In this document: one piece after another, positions 26,545-40,164 of the stretch
How positions within the stretch are numbered: position 1 is the stretch's first letter
How the letters are laid out: each line of letters opens with the position of its first letter
From: Octopus sinensis
Lineage: Eukaryota
Direction: 5' to 3'
Length of the DNA: 64,000 bases
Assembly (NCBI RefSeq): GCF_006345805.1
Contig: NC_043015.1
Span: 6,138,001-6,202,000, forward strand
Notes under the pieces: model-generated
The model's database searches: none
The model's input: the letters and a program-made list of their open reading frames with translations, nothing else
What the model was told of the DNA's origin: nothing
Made by a program: the position numbers and the translations under genes

Positions 26545-28925
26545 TATGTGTACGAATACATGTGTACGTGAGTTAGCTTTATATGGACTTCTTACTTGGT
26601 CTCAAGGCTACGTGATTTTTTTTTCTTTTTGATAGGTGTGTTGTTGATTATATCAATCTCGCTATTTAATTCATGAGATTACTTTTTCGAACTTAAAATG
26701 AATACAGACAACAACAAACCACAGTAGGATTTGAGCTGTGAACATTAATATACGCGACTAAATAATGCAATGCGATTTCTGCAATACACTGCTTTGCTAT
26801 TGCCCATATTCGATTGTTTCTTCTTATATCAGTATATAATTCTTCTATCTCTAGATGTATACGGATTCACTCTTAAATGTTGGCACTTGAACAGGTATTG
26901 ACTGAGTTTATCTATTTATGGAAACAAGAAGCAAATCTTGCATATAAGGAAGGTATTCTAAGTTATACTTAAACATGTAACATTTTGGAGGAGGGAAAAC
27001 ATTATTACGAACGAAATACCTAAATGTCTATTTTTAATAAATGTGTATTCATCTTTGTTCAAAGAAATATATGACATATGTATTATTTGATGAAATGCCT
27101 TAAATGGAACTATATACTAACCTCCTGCTTTATAATGAATTATAATGAATATATATTCTGAATGATTTTTTTCATATTTCTTCATTGCTCTTGCCTTTTT
27201 CATTGCAAATTTGATATCCCAAAGTACACGTCTCAAAACATTTTGGCATCTGCGAAGGGCTTTTATGTATTGCGTTTGCATCTATGCAGGTATATATGCA
27301 TTTGTAAATGTATGTATGCATGTATATGTGAGTATTTGTATGAATGTGTAGCATATCTTTTTGTGCGAGGGTGTTATATTTCCTGATAATCGTGGCTTGG
27401 GTTCGGCTGGGGTCATTTCAAGTAAGTGGTCCCGGAGGCATCAACATGTGAAGAGCCGATCAGGTCGAGAGAATTCCATTTTGTAATTCGGCTGAGAATG
27501 TTTAACGATTATTGTTAATACAGTGATACATTGTCACTGTGCATTAACAGACCAATCACGCGTTTCACATGTACGAAACACAGATAAATTCAGAAATGCC
27601 ACATGATATCCCTCGTGCCAAAAGGACATATTCAGGAAATACGTACGTTATATGTTTTATACCATATATAAATGTGTGAAAATTCCATCATATTACTAGT
27701 TAAACAATTTAGTCGTATATATTGATTTTAAAACAAGTTGTAAACACATAGATAAAGCATCAATGCATATTCCTACCTTCCCGCCACAACACGACACACT
27801 GCATAAACTTTGTAACTTACCTGAAAAAGAGAAAAAAGAATATTTTAGTTTTCATGTAAAAGTACATAAATATACTTCTAAATATCTATCAATGTTAATA
27901 CATGCATACATATTTATACACACATGCAAATATGCGCGCGCACGCACACACACACAGAGGAGTTCATAGAAATCCGCAAGAAATAATCTCTGTATTACAA
28001 AAGATTAGTTAAATTTGGTTGAATTTTCTTTCCATATTGTCACATATTAGGAGATTCAGCTTTTCATATATCTACATTACAGAACATTACATGCTTATAT
28101 ATATATATATATATACAAGAACATATGTGTATGCGTTGTGTAGCTGTGTTGCATGAGCCTTGAATTTTACTTTAACTTCTTAGAAACAACACAATTAGCT
28201 TTTTTTTTTCTAAATGACGATAATGAAAAAATAAACGGAAAGGAAATTGTAGAAAATTTCGAAAACGAAAAGTTTGAGTATAAATTACTTTTAAAGTAGA
28301 TTTTGTAACTTTCAAAGTCAAATTTTACCTAAAATATTTTCTGAATGTCAGAAAGACGCAATTTATCAATTGTAACATAATAGAAAACACATGTGCTTTA
28401 GTTTATTTCGATACTGTCTATTGCTTTCAAATTACTGCATATATTTTCAAGCATAATGAGAAAAACCCTGCTATCAGTTAACGAAGTCTGAGAGAACCAT
28501 GTCGAATAATTCGTTGAATCCAACAACTGTTTTCAATACCATCAGACGAATTAAGAGTAAAGTTTATCAAAAGATTCAGATACCTATTTTACATGATTTT
28601 ATGAAATCGTATAAAAAAATTATCGTAATCAGAAAGGCGCACTCATGTTTTATTTTCTATTTAGATAAAAAAAATCAATCTAGCATTCAGATACTCATAT
28701 ACGGTTATACGTGTGCCTGAAGAAATGTGATAATGACCATGTCTGTTAAGATACAGCTTCACAGGCAGTTCGAATAGCCTCCAGCAGAGTGCCAAAAAAG
28801 AGAAAATAAGAATCAGATGAGTTCAAAGAATCAGATGAGTTCAGTTTGCAAAGAAGTCAATGGAATCAAGATTTAGTCTCTTTGAAGAAATTTCAAAGAT
28901 ACATATATACATATATGAGCGTGTC

Positions 28926-28972
<47 letters not shown>

Positions 28973-29245
28973 CTGTGTGTGAGTATGCGTAGGTTTGTAT
29001 TCATACACACACATACACACACACACATAGATATTTTTATATATGTATGTATGTGTGTGTATATATATATATATATATACATATAAAGATGATATCTATA
29101 TTTAAATATCGAACTTATCAAGTGGCCAGCATGGGAATAAAAACCTTCAAAGGTAATACTTATTATTAAAATTAATATTCATATATGTATGTAATAACAA
29201 CAACAATAATAATAATAATTATTATTATTATTATTATTATTATCA

Positions 29246-29276
<31 letters not shown>

Positions 29277-29699
29277 GTATATAAATGTTTGCATTCATAT
29301 ATCTTCGCAGTTATATGTATATTACAACTAGCGCGCGCCAACACAAACACATATAACGAAATCAAGATTATTTGGAATCTAGTGTTTTAAACTATTTTCC
29401 TAATGCAGAAATAGTCTTCTGTGAGATGATGCATTGAGGAGCCAGACAAAAGTAACACGAATCACTGTGGACATACTTTCGGGATATAGTAATTAAAAAG
29501 CAACGTCATTTCAAATCTTAGTTTGTCATTTTCACGATAATTGAATGTATAGTCTTCGTTGAATCATAGATCGCATTTTTTTCATTCTAGATATATGAGC
29601 AAATGGATATATTTTGTTCTTTCCTATGTCCATCGGTTAATATGTATATAGAATATCAACTGTCGTGATGAATTTGATTCACGAATTGCTCGTTCAAAA

Positions 29700-29968
29700 T
29701 GTCAGTCATCACCTCTTCTCACGCCGCAAAAATTTCAACGAAAGGATGTTGGTATTACAAGTGTAAAGAAAGCAAAACAAAGCAGAATCCTTGTCCGGTA
29801 CCGGATGGATCCGAAAATTTAATCAGTTCGTGCCAATCACGAGGCCAAAATTCCATTCGAATTCATCCAGCGATTCTTAAAATAGCTTGCCCACGAACAA
29901 ACAAATAGATAAACAAACACACACGACCGTAAACAATACCTCCACCTTAGCGAAGGCGGAGGTAATAA
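29700..29968 (+). mobile_element. Helentron/HINE-like non-autonomous element (3' end)
   Basis: Subterminal hairpin TACCTCCACCTT-agcg-AAGGCGGAGGTA preceded by AAAC-type microrepeats and CCGGATGGATCC; 5' boundary uncertain. Confidence 0.55.
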
Positions 29969-30726
29969 TATTGGTGTATAAGTTATCGTTCTATTTTTCT
30001 TCGACATAAGGACCCTTTTCCAATACCATTTTGTTGCAGGATTTCTTAAAAGAATCAAATAACAAAATCTACCTCAGCCTCAATATAAAATGTCACAACA
30101 AAGCGTATATTTATTCCTATTTATGTTCCTTTCACCGTAAAGATTAGATTATAAGTGAATTAAATCTTTGGTAAGACTATAGTAAGGCACTAAAACTGAA
30201 TAAAATACTCCAATGGTATTCACATGTTATATTAATTATTTTCTACATCCATCTTAATACTGAATGTCAGTTGATTAATGCCAATTGAATTACTAATGAG
30301 TGGAGTTTGAAAAACAAGATTGGAAAGGTACATAGATATGCAAAGCAACATTTATGAATATTTATAATTTTGTGTATGAATATATGAATAAGGTATAGAA
30401 TTAAACATATAAATCATTGAATACACACACACGCTCAGACATACACACACATATATAAGAGTATGCGTATGTATGAATGTGTGTCTGTGTTGAGCAGGAA
30501 GAAAAGCGACGAGAGAGTGTAACTTAAGAAAATATAAATAAGAAACCAGTGTATTCGTACTCGAGAGAAAAACATTTTTGAATACAAGTATTGTAATGAA
30601 GTAATTTATTATATCAAAAACATTACGAATGTGACAAAGGCGAAGCTTTAGGTTTAAAGCGCAATTGAAAAGTGTCAGACGTTATAAATTATTTATACCA
30701 CACCCTTGCGACAACATAAAATCAAT

Positions 30727-30791
30727 TATATATATATATGTATATATATATATATAATATATATATATATAATATATATATATATATACAT

Positions 30792-30826
<35 letters not shown>

Positions 30827-30876
30827 TATATATACATTATATAATATATATATATAATATATATATATATATATAC

Positions 30877-30909
<33 letters not shown>

Positions 30910-31048
30910 TATATACATTATATATATATAATATAATATATATATATAATATATATATATATATATAATATATATATATATATATAATATAATATATATA
31001 TATATATATATCATATATATATATAATATATATATATATTATATATAT

Positions 31049-31128
<80 letters not shown>

Positions 31129-31130
31129 AT
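30727..31130. repeat. Long interrupted (TA)n microsatellite
   Basis: Directly visible. Confidence 0.95.
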
Positions 31131-31131
31131 A

Positions 31132-31490
31132 CATCCAAGGCTTGGGCCCCGTGCCATCCGCCCAAAACAAAAATCGCACTCTCATCTCATAACAACAATA
31201 CGGCACAATTATTTCACCTCAATTGGCCCCGCTCTCTTTAACATTACACCAAAACACATTAAAACAGAAACTGACCCTATAGGGTTCAAGAAGTCTTTGG
31301 ACAGATTCCTTCAAGAAATCCCGGATAAACCCCCTACACCCGGATATGTCTCTGTAAACAATAACTCTCTACTTGAGTGGTCCATAGTGCCCAAATTCTG
31401 ACTTGAAAGACTTCACCAGGTGGTGCTATTAAGTTGGACATGGCCTGGGCCAATAATGGCCGAAACCTATCAAAGTATCAAAATATCAAA

Positions 31491-31493
<3 letters not shown>
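31132..31493 (+). mobile_element. 5'-truncated CR1-like LINE 3' end, reading frame open
   Basis: HPRLGPRAIRPKQKSHSHLITTIRHNYFTSIGPALFNITPKHIKTETDPIGFKKSLDRFLQEIPDKPPTPGYVSVNNNSLLEWSIVPKF* (stop ends 31401), short 3' UTR and (ATCAAAGT)n-type tail. Confidence 0.85.
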
Positions 31494-31542
<49 letters not shown>

Positions 31543-31572
31543 TATATATATACATATATATTATATATATAT

Positions 31573-31776
31573 AGTTAATCCAAACAAGAAAACAAAAACA
31601 AAAAAACAACAACGCAAGAACGTGGAACAAATAAAGTATTATTGGACGCTCAGGAAAGAAGGGAAGAAAGATGGTTTGACGTTTCAAGCGGAGCTCTTCG
31701 TCGGAAACATAGGAGAAGGAAAGATCCCGAGAAGGGAAGACAGGGGAAAAATCGCTAGTGATACAGACGAGGTCAC
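31573..31776 (-). mobile_element. Penelope-like pLTR / retrozyme-like monomer inserted in (TA)n
   Basis: Contains the hammerhead motif at 31674-31708; flanked by TA repeats. Confidence 0.6.
31674..31708 (-). ncRNA. Minimal type I hammerhead ribozyme-like motif
   Basis: GUUU-CCGACGA-A-GAGC ucc GCUU-GAA-ACGU-C-AAAC: stem I, core variant (U4C), stem II, palindromic stem III, GUC triplet. Confidence 0.65.
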
Positions 31777-33204
31777 ATATATATACACGCACACACACAT
31801 ATATATATACATATAAAAATGTATATATATATATATATACACACATATAAAATCGTGAAGGGATAGTTGCATCCAAGGAAATAGTAGTCCAATATCTAAT
31901 ATTTTGGGGTAAGTAAATTATCCTAAAACACTCTTATAAACTAAGCATATAGTGTATATCCCTTTGAAAGTAGAAAGAAAATGGAGATGAGGAAGTTAAT
32001 AATTGTTTAAATATATAAATATATATATATATACATATATACATATATATTAGAAAAGAGTGATCGATTATGTTACGAAGTGCATTAGCTCACTGTTGCT
32101 TCCGGTATAGGAAGCGTTCGACTCTTAGTTCAGTACCTGAGTAAATAACATAATGCTTCATCGGAGCCCAAAGCATGAACTACAGTTCTTAACTAGTATT
32201 GTATCATAGATTTGAGACCAGGAAGTGAAAAAAATCACTGAAACACACTCTGGTGATGAAAGTGATTTGAAAGTAGTTTAGTTTGGTCCAGCTTTATTGC
32301 TGGTATACATTGTCAACTCCCTTAAAAAAATATTGACAGTAAATGTGGAATAGAGTTCAATTCAAAGAAGAAATATTGTTAAAGTGTGTTTTTAGGTAAA
32401 AAAAAAATAATAATATTATATATCATTTATTAAATCGATATTTGTAAAAATACAGAGAATTTTATTAATATAATGCCATTTGAACGAAGAGCATGACGTA
32501 ATAATTTATTGAATGAAAATATATCACGATATATTGTTATAACAAACAGTCAAACCAAAAATTCTAATAATATAAAGTGTGATCTCAACTTGGAGACAAT
32601 ATCAATTCGTGCAATTCATTTTGGATGCACATTTATTTCGTTTCCGTAAAAGCATAGAGATCTAATATGTCAAATAATATGCTTTTCTATTTCTGGAGTC
32701 TTAGCCGGAATTTATTACCTCAGCCTTTCTTTCTTTGTGCCTTTTCTCCATTGAGGATATAGAAAATTCATCACAAAGGCACTGCTTTCAAATAAATTAG
32801 ATCCTTCCGCGTAAAGTATTAAATTTTCTCCAGGAAGGAAATGTATTAGACTCTTACATCATCTTACCAATGTGTTGTCTATCCCAGTTAATCATTTAGA
32901 CTGTTAAAGAAAATAAGTAAGCGCTTTTCGTTCAGCTTCTTTTTGTGTTTTTTGTCGTTGTTCTAATACTGAAAATGTACGATACGCCTAGGGGAGAAAT
33001 CTGAACCTACTAAAAAGGAAAGAAAGTAATTTCTACTAGCACACCATTTTAACTATGGGGACAATACAGTCAGTAGGTATGGTGGTTTATTGACGAAATT
33101 GACCGCAGAATAAGCAAGGTGAACTCAATACTAGCGCTGTTGCGAAGGTGAAATTGCAAAGCAAAGAATATCTCACTGTAATATCCTCTAACGCAGAAAG
33201 ACCA

Positions 33205-33322
33205 CGAGCTGGAAGAATTATTAGCACATCGGGAAAATGCTTAGCGGCATTTCGTTCGTCTTTACGTTCTGAGTTGAAATATTGCAGCGGTTGATTTTGC
33301 TTTCCATCTCTTCAAGCTCGAG
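33205..33322 (+). mobile_element. SINE family B 5' fragment
   Basis: GAGCTGGAAGAATTATTAGCAC...GTTCTGAGTTGAAAT...TTTGCTTTCCATC. Confidence 0.7.
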
Positions 33323-33474
33323 CACTGAAGACGTCGTTATGCAACGAGCATGGTAATTAACGTTATGCAACGAGCATTTACAAGCCTGCGTCGTTCGTGA
33401 TTAGACACATGCTCATTATATCAATGGAAAGGGCCAAGAACAACATTAATATAAAGAAATCGAGTTGTAATATA

Positions 33475-33698
33475 CTCACTCTTTAACTTGTTTCAGTCAT
33501 TTGACTGTAGCCATACTGGAGCTCTGCCTTTAGTCGAGAAAATCGACTCCAGGACTTATTCTTTATAAAGCCTAGTACTTATTATATCCATCTATTTTGC
33601 CGAAACGCTAAGTTACGAGGACCTAAATACAACAGCATATGTTGTGAAGAGATGTTGGGGAGACAAACACAGACACGCAAACATATATACACACACAT

Positions 33699-33735
<37 letters not shown>

Positions 33736-33892
33736 CGACGGGTTTCTTTCAGTTTCCGTCTACCAAATCCACTCACAAGGCCTTGCTCGGCCCGAGGCTA
33801 TAGTAGAAAACACTTGCCCAAGGTGCCACTCAGTGGGAATGAACCCAGAACCATGTGGTTCGTAAGCCAGCTACTTACCACACAGCCACTAA
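33475..33892 (-). mobile_element. SINE family A
   Basis: Reverse complement of 54126-54545. Confidence 0.9.
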
Positions 33893-34896
33893 CATAACTC
33901 GTTGTAGGTTAAATCATGGGCAAATGAGGATGGACCCTACTGAGTGAAAAAGACGATGTTTATTGCGACATGAAGAATTTAAACATTGAAATGCGCAGAT
34001 GGACGACTGCAGCGCACGGCAGAGAAATGTGCACTCACTTTTGATAAAACGCTTCTTGTCTTTAAGTATCGGCATTCATCGATAAGTATCGATTAACAGC
34101 TGGTGGTGGTGGGGGGGAAGACAATGAAGAAGAATAAGGAGGATTGAGATGAAGATCAAGATATTTAAGTAATAGATTGTAATCTAATTCACGAAACTAC
34201 AAGATGAAAGTAGCAAAACCTTTTGTCGTATATTTGAGAGTACTGTAGCTTTAAAACCATTTGCCCATATTTTTTTATTATTTTATACTCATGGGTAATT
34301 TTGTGTGCGATAGATTGGCATTTTATCAAGAAAAGTTATGTATCCGCTACACTGTTAAAACTATATAAACTACCTTTTAAGCAGAAACAGAGTTGTCTGC
34401 TAATGTCCGTTTGCGAATAATTTTATATCTCAAAGACTTAAAACGTTATGTATATTAAACCATTACGTTCTCTTTTGTTTTTGCCTTGAATTGAAACAGC
34501 ATTAGCGAATCGAAATAACTTAACACGTCTCATACGGCCTCTCCTCTTCGATGGAAATAACTAAACCTCAACGGCAATAAAAACTGCTTCCTCGAATAAT
34601 TTGGCCTCGTGCCTCGCCAAAAGCATTAATACAAAATATAATATTATTAAAAAAAAATCTAAAACAACTTGAAATTCTCTACCCATAACTTTGGTTTGCT
34701 CCGGATATATTTGGGTATTTTATGTTATTTAATATCATTCCAAGTGATTTATGGTGACGTTACCACAAGTATTAAGCTCGATAAGGTCATTTTATCTTAA
34801 ATGTTGTGAATCAATAAGTCTTCAATGCTAGCCATTGATTAACTTCACAGCCACTTGTAAATCATAACCTTTGCGCGTATTAATGGGGGTTAGGAT

Positions 34897-35001
34897 TAAC
34901 AACAACAACAATAACAAACGAAAGTAATAATAATGAAAATAATAATAATAATAATTACCACAACAACAACAACAACAACTACAATAATAATAATAATAAT
35001 A

Positions 35002-35044
<43 letters not shown>

Positions 35045-35065
35045 TTCAATAACAATAATAATAAA
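34897..35065. repeat. (AAT)n/(AAC)n microsatellite
   Basis: Directly visible. Confidence 0.9.
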
Positions 35066-35464
35066 GATGATAGTAATGATAAAGGCAATGAAGTCGTAGA
35101 AAATATAGAAAATATAGAAAATATTCAAAATGTCTTATGGTAGTTAAATACGAACTATTGGCGTTTTAATACCAAAATCCGTTGGGAGTGAATGTACACT
35201 TTCTTAATCTCTCTCTCTCTCTCACACACACAATGTAAAGAAGTCAATAGTAACGATAATAACATTGAAATAGGTACAAGGCCATATATTCTGAAGTAAG
35301 GGTTCAAAGTCAATGTCTACATATCAAGGCAGAATACACAATCTAGCCAACTGTATATAAAAATATCATTGTTTTTTTTTGTTTTGTTTTTTTCATTAGA
35401 ACTCTTTTCTCGTTTAGGATATGTTTTTAGAATTAAAAAATTCGAATCGGTATTTGACTGGTAT

Positions 35465-35754
35465 TGCTTGTTCCTTCTCAAGCCATGCCTGGCTCATAGA
35501 ACTGGTTTCCTTGGCGTATAGGTTCCCCATATAGACGGGACACCGGTCCGTCGCAGGTGAGCTGCATGAGGCAGGAGGAAAGAGTGAGAGAAAGTTGTGG
35601 CGGATGAATCAGCAGAAATTCGCCATTGCCTTCTGCCGGAGTCGCGCGGAGCTTAGATGTTTCATAAACACACACATCACCCGCTCAGAGATTCGAACCC
35701 GCGATCCCTCGGCCGTGAGACTGCTGCTCTAACCACTAGGCCATGTGCCTCCAC
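35465..35754 (-). mobile_element. SINE family C (tRNA-Arg-like head; possibly octopus OR-type), tail variant 1
   Basis: Reverse head GGAGGCACATGGCCTAGTGGTTAGAGC...GGTTCGAATC; core CCACAACTTTCTCTCACTCTT; 13-bp TSD ATTTGACTGGTAT (35452, 35755). Confidence 0.88.
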
Positions 35755-36207
35755 ATTTGACTGGTATATATTTTCCTAAAGTAAGTACCCTTCCGTAGGA
35801 GTTACGTTAGGGGAATTACGTTTCATTTCTTAATAGCAAATGCAGCTACTTAGCTATATATTGCATCCACTGTATCATCACAATACATAAATAATCTGTA
35901 AATTTACATTCGCATATATTTACTTAGGTTTTTACAGATATGAAGTGTTACAGTTTCAACACTGAGAAATGAGTTTATAGGAAATATGTTTAAGATATAC
36001 TGTTAAAATAACGAAATAAATAAAAAGAAACAGTTCAAGAAAAGCTAACAGGAAATGTAATATTCTTCATTTCCACGAAATTCTGAAGTTTGAATAAATT
36101 CCAACTTCCATATTATTTTGGAGGAGGAAATAGTTTGGCTGTCGGTAAAAGCTTTTCCAGACAATTTTAAATTGCATTTTTTTTTATTTTCTGGGTGCTG
36201 GTAGAAT

Positions 36208-36540
36208 TTTTTTTCTACTCTAGGCACAAGGCCCGAAATTTTGAAGAAGAGGACTAGTAAGTTAGATCGACCCCAGTACGTAACTGGTACTTAATTTATC
36301 GACTTCGGTGGAACTTGAACTGAGAACGTAAAGACAGACGAAATACACATTTATTTACTACCCACAAGGAGCTAAACGCAGTGAGGACAAACAAGGACAG
36401 ACAAACGGATTAAGTCGAATATATCGACTCCAGTGCGCAACTGGTACTTATTTAATCGACCCCGAAAGGATGAAAGGCAAAGTCGACCTCGGCGGAATTT
36501 GAACTCAGAACGTAGGGGCAGGCGAAATGCCTATTTCTTT
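36208..36540 (-). mobile_element. Tandem 5'-truncated SINE family B copies
   Basis: Two cores, each ending at GACGAAATAC/GGCGAAATGC and followed by a new tail. Confidence 0.85.
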
Positions 36541-38734
36541 AGGTATAAATAATGTACCGAATTCTGTTTTCGTTTCAAATTGTTAGAAAACGTCTAAGAG
36601 AATCTGATTAATTCAGCGGCTTCGAGAAGTGTATGTTAAATCGTGTTATAATATTGTACATCACCTGAAAATAACTAAGAATGATAAGGTGGCAACTGAA
36701 ACTCTTAAATCATTCTTGAACTCACCTAATTGCTGAAACAGGAAATCATTTAGATTCTAGATTTTACATTATATCATAGTAATAATAAGAATACGAAGAA
36801 AATTCTGTTGTACGTATGTGTTTTTCAAATTTACCGAAGAGAAAGCGGATGGAAATATTAACTCATGTCATTCTTGCGCGTTCATGCGAGAAACAACAGC
36901 TAGTTCCTGCATTCTAATGCAAGCTAAGACAGATAGACGAATTCCAGGATTCGTGGTATTTAAATATGTATTTTTATGTCCCTATTTCAAATCCTATTTT
37001 GCTAAGGTTGAATTCTACTTCCACCTAACCGTTAAAATAAGTACCATTAACGAATTGGTCAAGACATGGTCGACCGTACTTCACATTAAAATGTTCGGCC
37101 TCAAGCATAATTCAGAACTCATCAATCTATCGACCTTCAAGAAGGTATTAGAAAACAGAATGAGCAGTGACGAAATAGTTTAAAGCATTTAGTGTAGCGA
37201 AAGTTGGATATAAGAATAAGTAACAAAGCACACGTAAAACATTTGACTAAGACAATAAAGTTACGATATTTTTAGTAGAAAATGGTGTTCAACGTATTTC
37301 TGACTATAAATTTATTCAATTGAATTTTTTCATGTTTTGTTCATTGTATATCCCATTGAATTATATATTTTCTTCCTATGCTAATTTGTATTTGTTTGGT
37401 TATGTATTTTTCTTTATTAATTTATGGTAAAGCATTATCTTTCTAGATGCGTGAACAAATAAATTTTAAAAAATCTTTTTCAAATTAATTCATTTTGTTG
37501 TGTTTGGTATTTTCTATATTTTATTTATTGGAAAATCTAATTCCATCATTTTTATTCCACCCTATTCAAAATTATCCAATCACTCGGAATAAAGTATTGA
37601 TTTTTTTGTATTCTTTCGCACACTTCCTCTATCACAGTCTATGCATTTCTCACTCACTGTTATCCAGTATCTCTCACTTTCTATATCTCTCTCTCTTTCT
37701 ATCTCCCTCTATCTCCCTGCATCTCTCATGTTCTCATATTTATCGACTTTAATATTGACGTACTCCATCTTAATGTTTCCTGGCGTAAGAAAGGTCTGAA
37801 TTATTGATCTACCACCTTCACTTCAACCATGATGTACGCCAATGTCCTCTTACATAAAATATTTCAAGAATATAATTCAAGTGGATTTCAGAAAGAAGAA
37901 ATGAAGAATATCTGAAAAGAGAGATTTCTTTTCTTACTGAAACTTCATTATAATTTTTCCTTAATTGATGTTTTTCGCATGAACTCAGACTCATCCATTA
38001 AATGTCAAAATACATGTTTCCCAAGTAAAGACAGGTTCAGGCGAGTTGCTTATTTATAATAAAAGCGTAAAAAAAAATATTCAGGAACATATATTTAGGA
38101 GACTATAGGAGAAAAACTTTGTTAATGGAAATTGATCATTAATTAAGATGTAATTAACTTTAACAACATTTATAATTAATTATTTTTCGTTCTCTTTTAA
38201 CAGGAGTCGTGCTAAAAATAAAACTAAGACTAGATAAAGTTTTAACAAGGAATTAGAGATTTCTTAAAAAGTAAATTTTTCTCGCCATGGCTAATGTGCG
38301 CACACACAGACACATGCATACACACAATCACGCACACACATATAAGCAGACATACACACACAAATACACACACACATAGATACACATGCATACACATATA
38401 CATACACAAATTCACACCTTTATACACTGGCACACAGGACACACTAATATATTGTTAATGCTTATTTTAAAGCATAGATATGAGTAAAAAAACAGCAGAA
38501 TATATAGTTGAAGGCTCTCTGAAACCATAGCATAGATGGACTGATGTCATGCTGATTAGTGATAAGAGATAATTTGCTGCGTTCTACAACATAGCAACAA
38601 AGGACGATTCGTCACATGTGGGTTCGTGTCTGAAGAGAAGCATCCGACTTTTTGCATCCAAATGGGTTTTGAACCCATTATCTTCACCTTATTATTTATT
38701 GATTCCTGTGTGTGCATCGAGATATTCCCAATGA

Positions 38735-39350
38735 AGAATTCGCCCACCGGGGACAAATGTCCTGGACCTCTGCGTCGCAAACAACACGGCGCTCATCCAT
38801 AATGTTATGGTGACACCGATGATTTTCTCGGACCATAACTTAATAGAACTAACATTGTACGGTCTACAGAAGACTACACGCATGCATGCTACCAGGAGCA
38901 CCCAACTCCTCTCCGGCCTGAATTCTCACAAAGCGGATAGAAATTGTATTGAGAAAGAGGTCATTGAACATAACTGGTCTGCTCGTCTCTCTCCAGAAGA
39001 TATTGACATAAAGCTACAGCACTTTATGACCATCATGCATGATATCTAGAGTAAGTGTGCTGCAGAGAGAATGCCAAGTAAGCAGAAAGATATAAGACTC
39101 AGGGATGGAAGGATTGCAATGAGGCGACAAGCAAAAATCTCAAATGGGATGAACGGGCCACTAAAGGATAACAAACGACCCTAACTCCAACAAACATTGT
39201 TCGAGATCGAAAATGAACTCAAGCACTCCGATGAAAAGAAGAGAGCAGGAGAGAGGCCAGGGTTATAAAAATATTAAAACAAACTCTAAAGCCTTCTATA
39301 GACAAACAAAATAGGGCCACTACTCGAAGAAAAGGGTTCACCGACTGCAG
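38735..39350 (+). mobile_element. Decayed CR1-like LINE ORF2 fragment (end of APE endonuclease + linker)
   Basis: NVLDLCVANNTALIHNVMVTPMIFSDHNLIEL (LD...SDH motifs), LNSHKAD, NIKTNSKAFY, IGPLL; stops and frameshifts. Confidence 0.85.
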
Positions 39351-40164
39351 ACAGGCACCATCTTGGTGATATGCATGTGAAACACAGCATCGGGGTTAAA
39401 AAATACAAAATGAATTTGACCACTGGAAGCTAATTAATTTAATATTGCTTTTAAACACGCAATTTGAAAGTTTTTTAGAACCAAAATGTTCTACACAGTA
39501 TAATATACGATTATGAATACGCATTTCACCAAACAAATTTTAACTAAATTAATCTTAATTAAACGATTTTAATGAGAGTAAAGACTTCATTTTATGAAAT
39601 CTCAACACAGATTGCAAAATTATGATGTGCTACAGTGTTTTCAACTTTTATGGAAAGCTTAACTGCATCAGATTAATTTTTACAATCTACTCCGATACTT
39701 TATAAATAGCAACTATTATCCAGGAAGTTGTTAGATCGGAAACACCGATATACATAAATAATACATTCTTACATTCTACTTCAGGTCATTAATTAATGAC
39801 AATCATTGACAACATAAGTAACTAACAATTACGCTTCACTATCTATAACGTTTCATTAAGTTCAATTTTCACAATAAATATTGGCTGAAATCTACAGATT
39901 TATGCAATATGGCGTATATATCTCCTACTCTCGTTAACTGTCTTAAGTATATATATATATATATTTTATGAAATTTTTTTTCTGTAAAAAACCTTCATTC
40001 TATATTAGTAGTAGACTTATTACCATTCGCTATACGGACTGATAACCACTATAAGCTGTAGTGGAGAACAGTTCACACGTGTGCTGAGGCTGACCAAAGG
40101 ATTTTATATTTAGATATATCTGGGGTACTTATATGTACTCATGATTTTTGCTTCGGCTCTTTTT

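Noticed and set aside
28808-28843. Tandem 18-mer AAGAATCAGATGAGTTCA x2 (similar doublets at ~4590, 13920, 14113)
   Set aside because: Ordinary slippage duplications
30727-31130. Irregular TAA/TTA interruptions in long (TA)n tracts as a possible pattern
   Set aside because: No periodicity seen; consistent with slippage or long-read indel errors
33333-33378. Direct repeat CGTTATGCAACGAGCAT x2 with short spacer
   Set aside because: Only two units in eukaryotic DNA; a micro-duplication, not a CRISPR array
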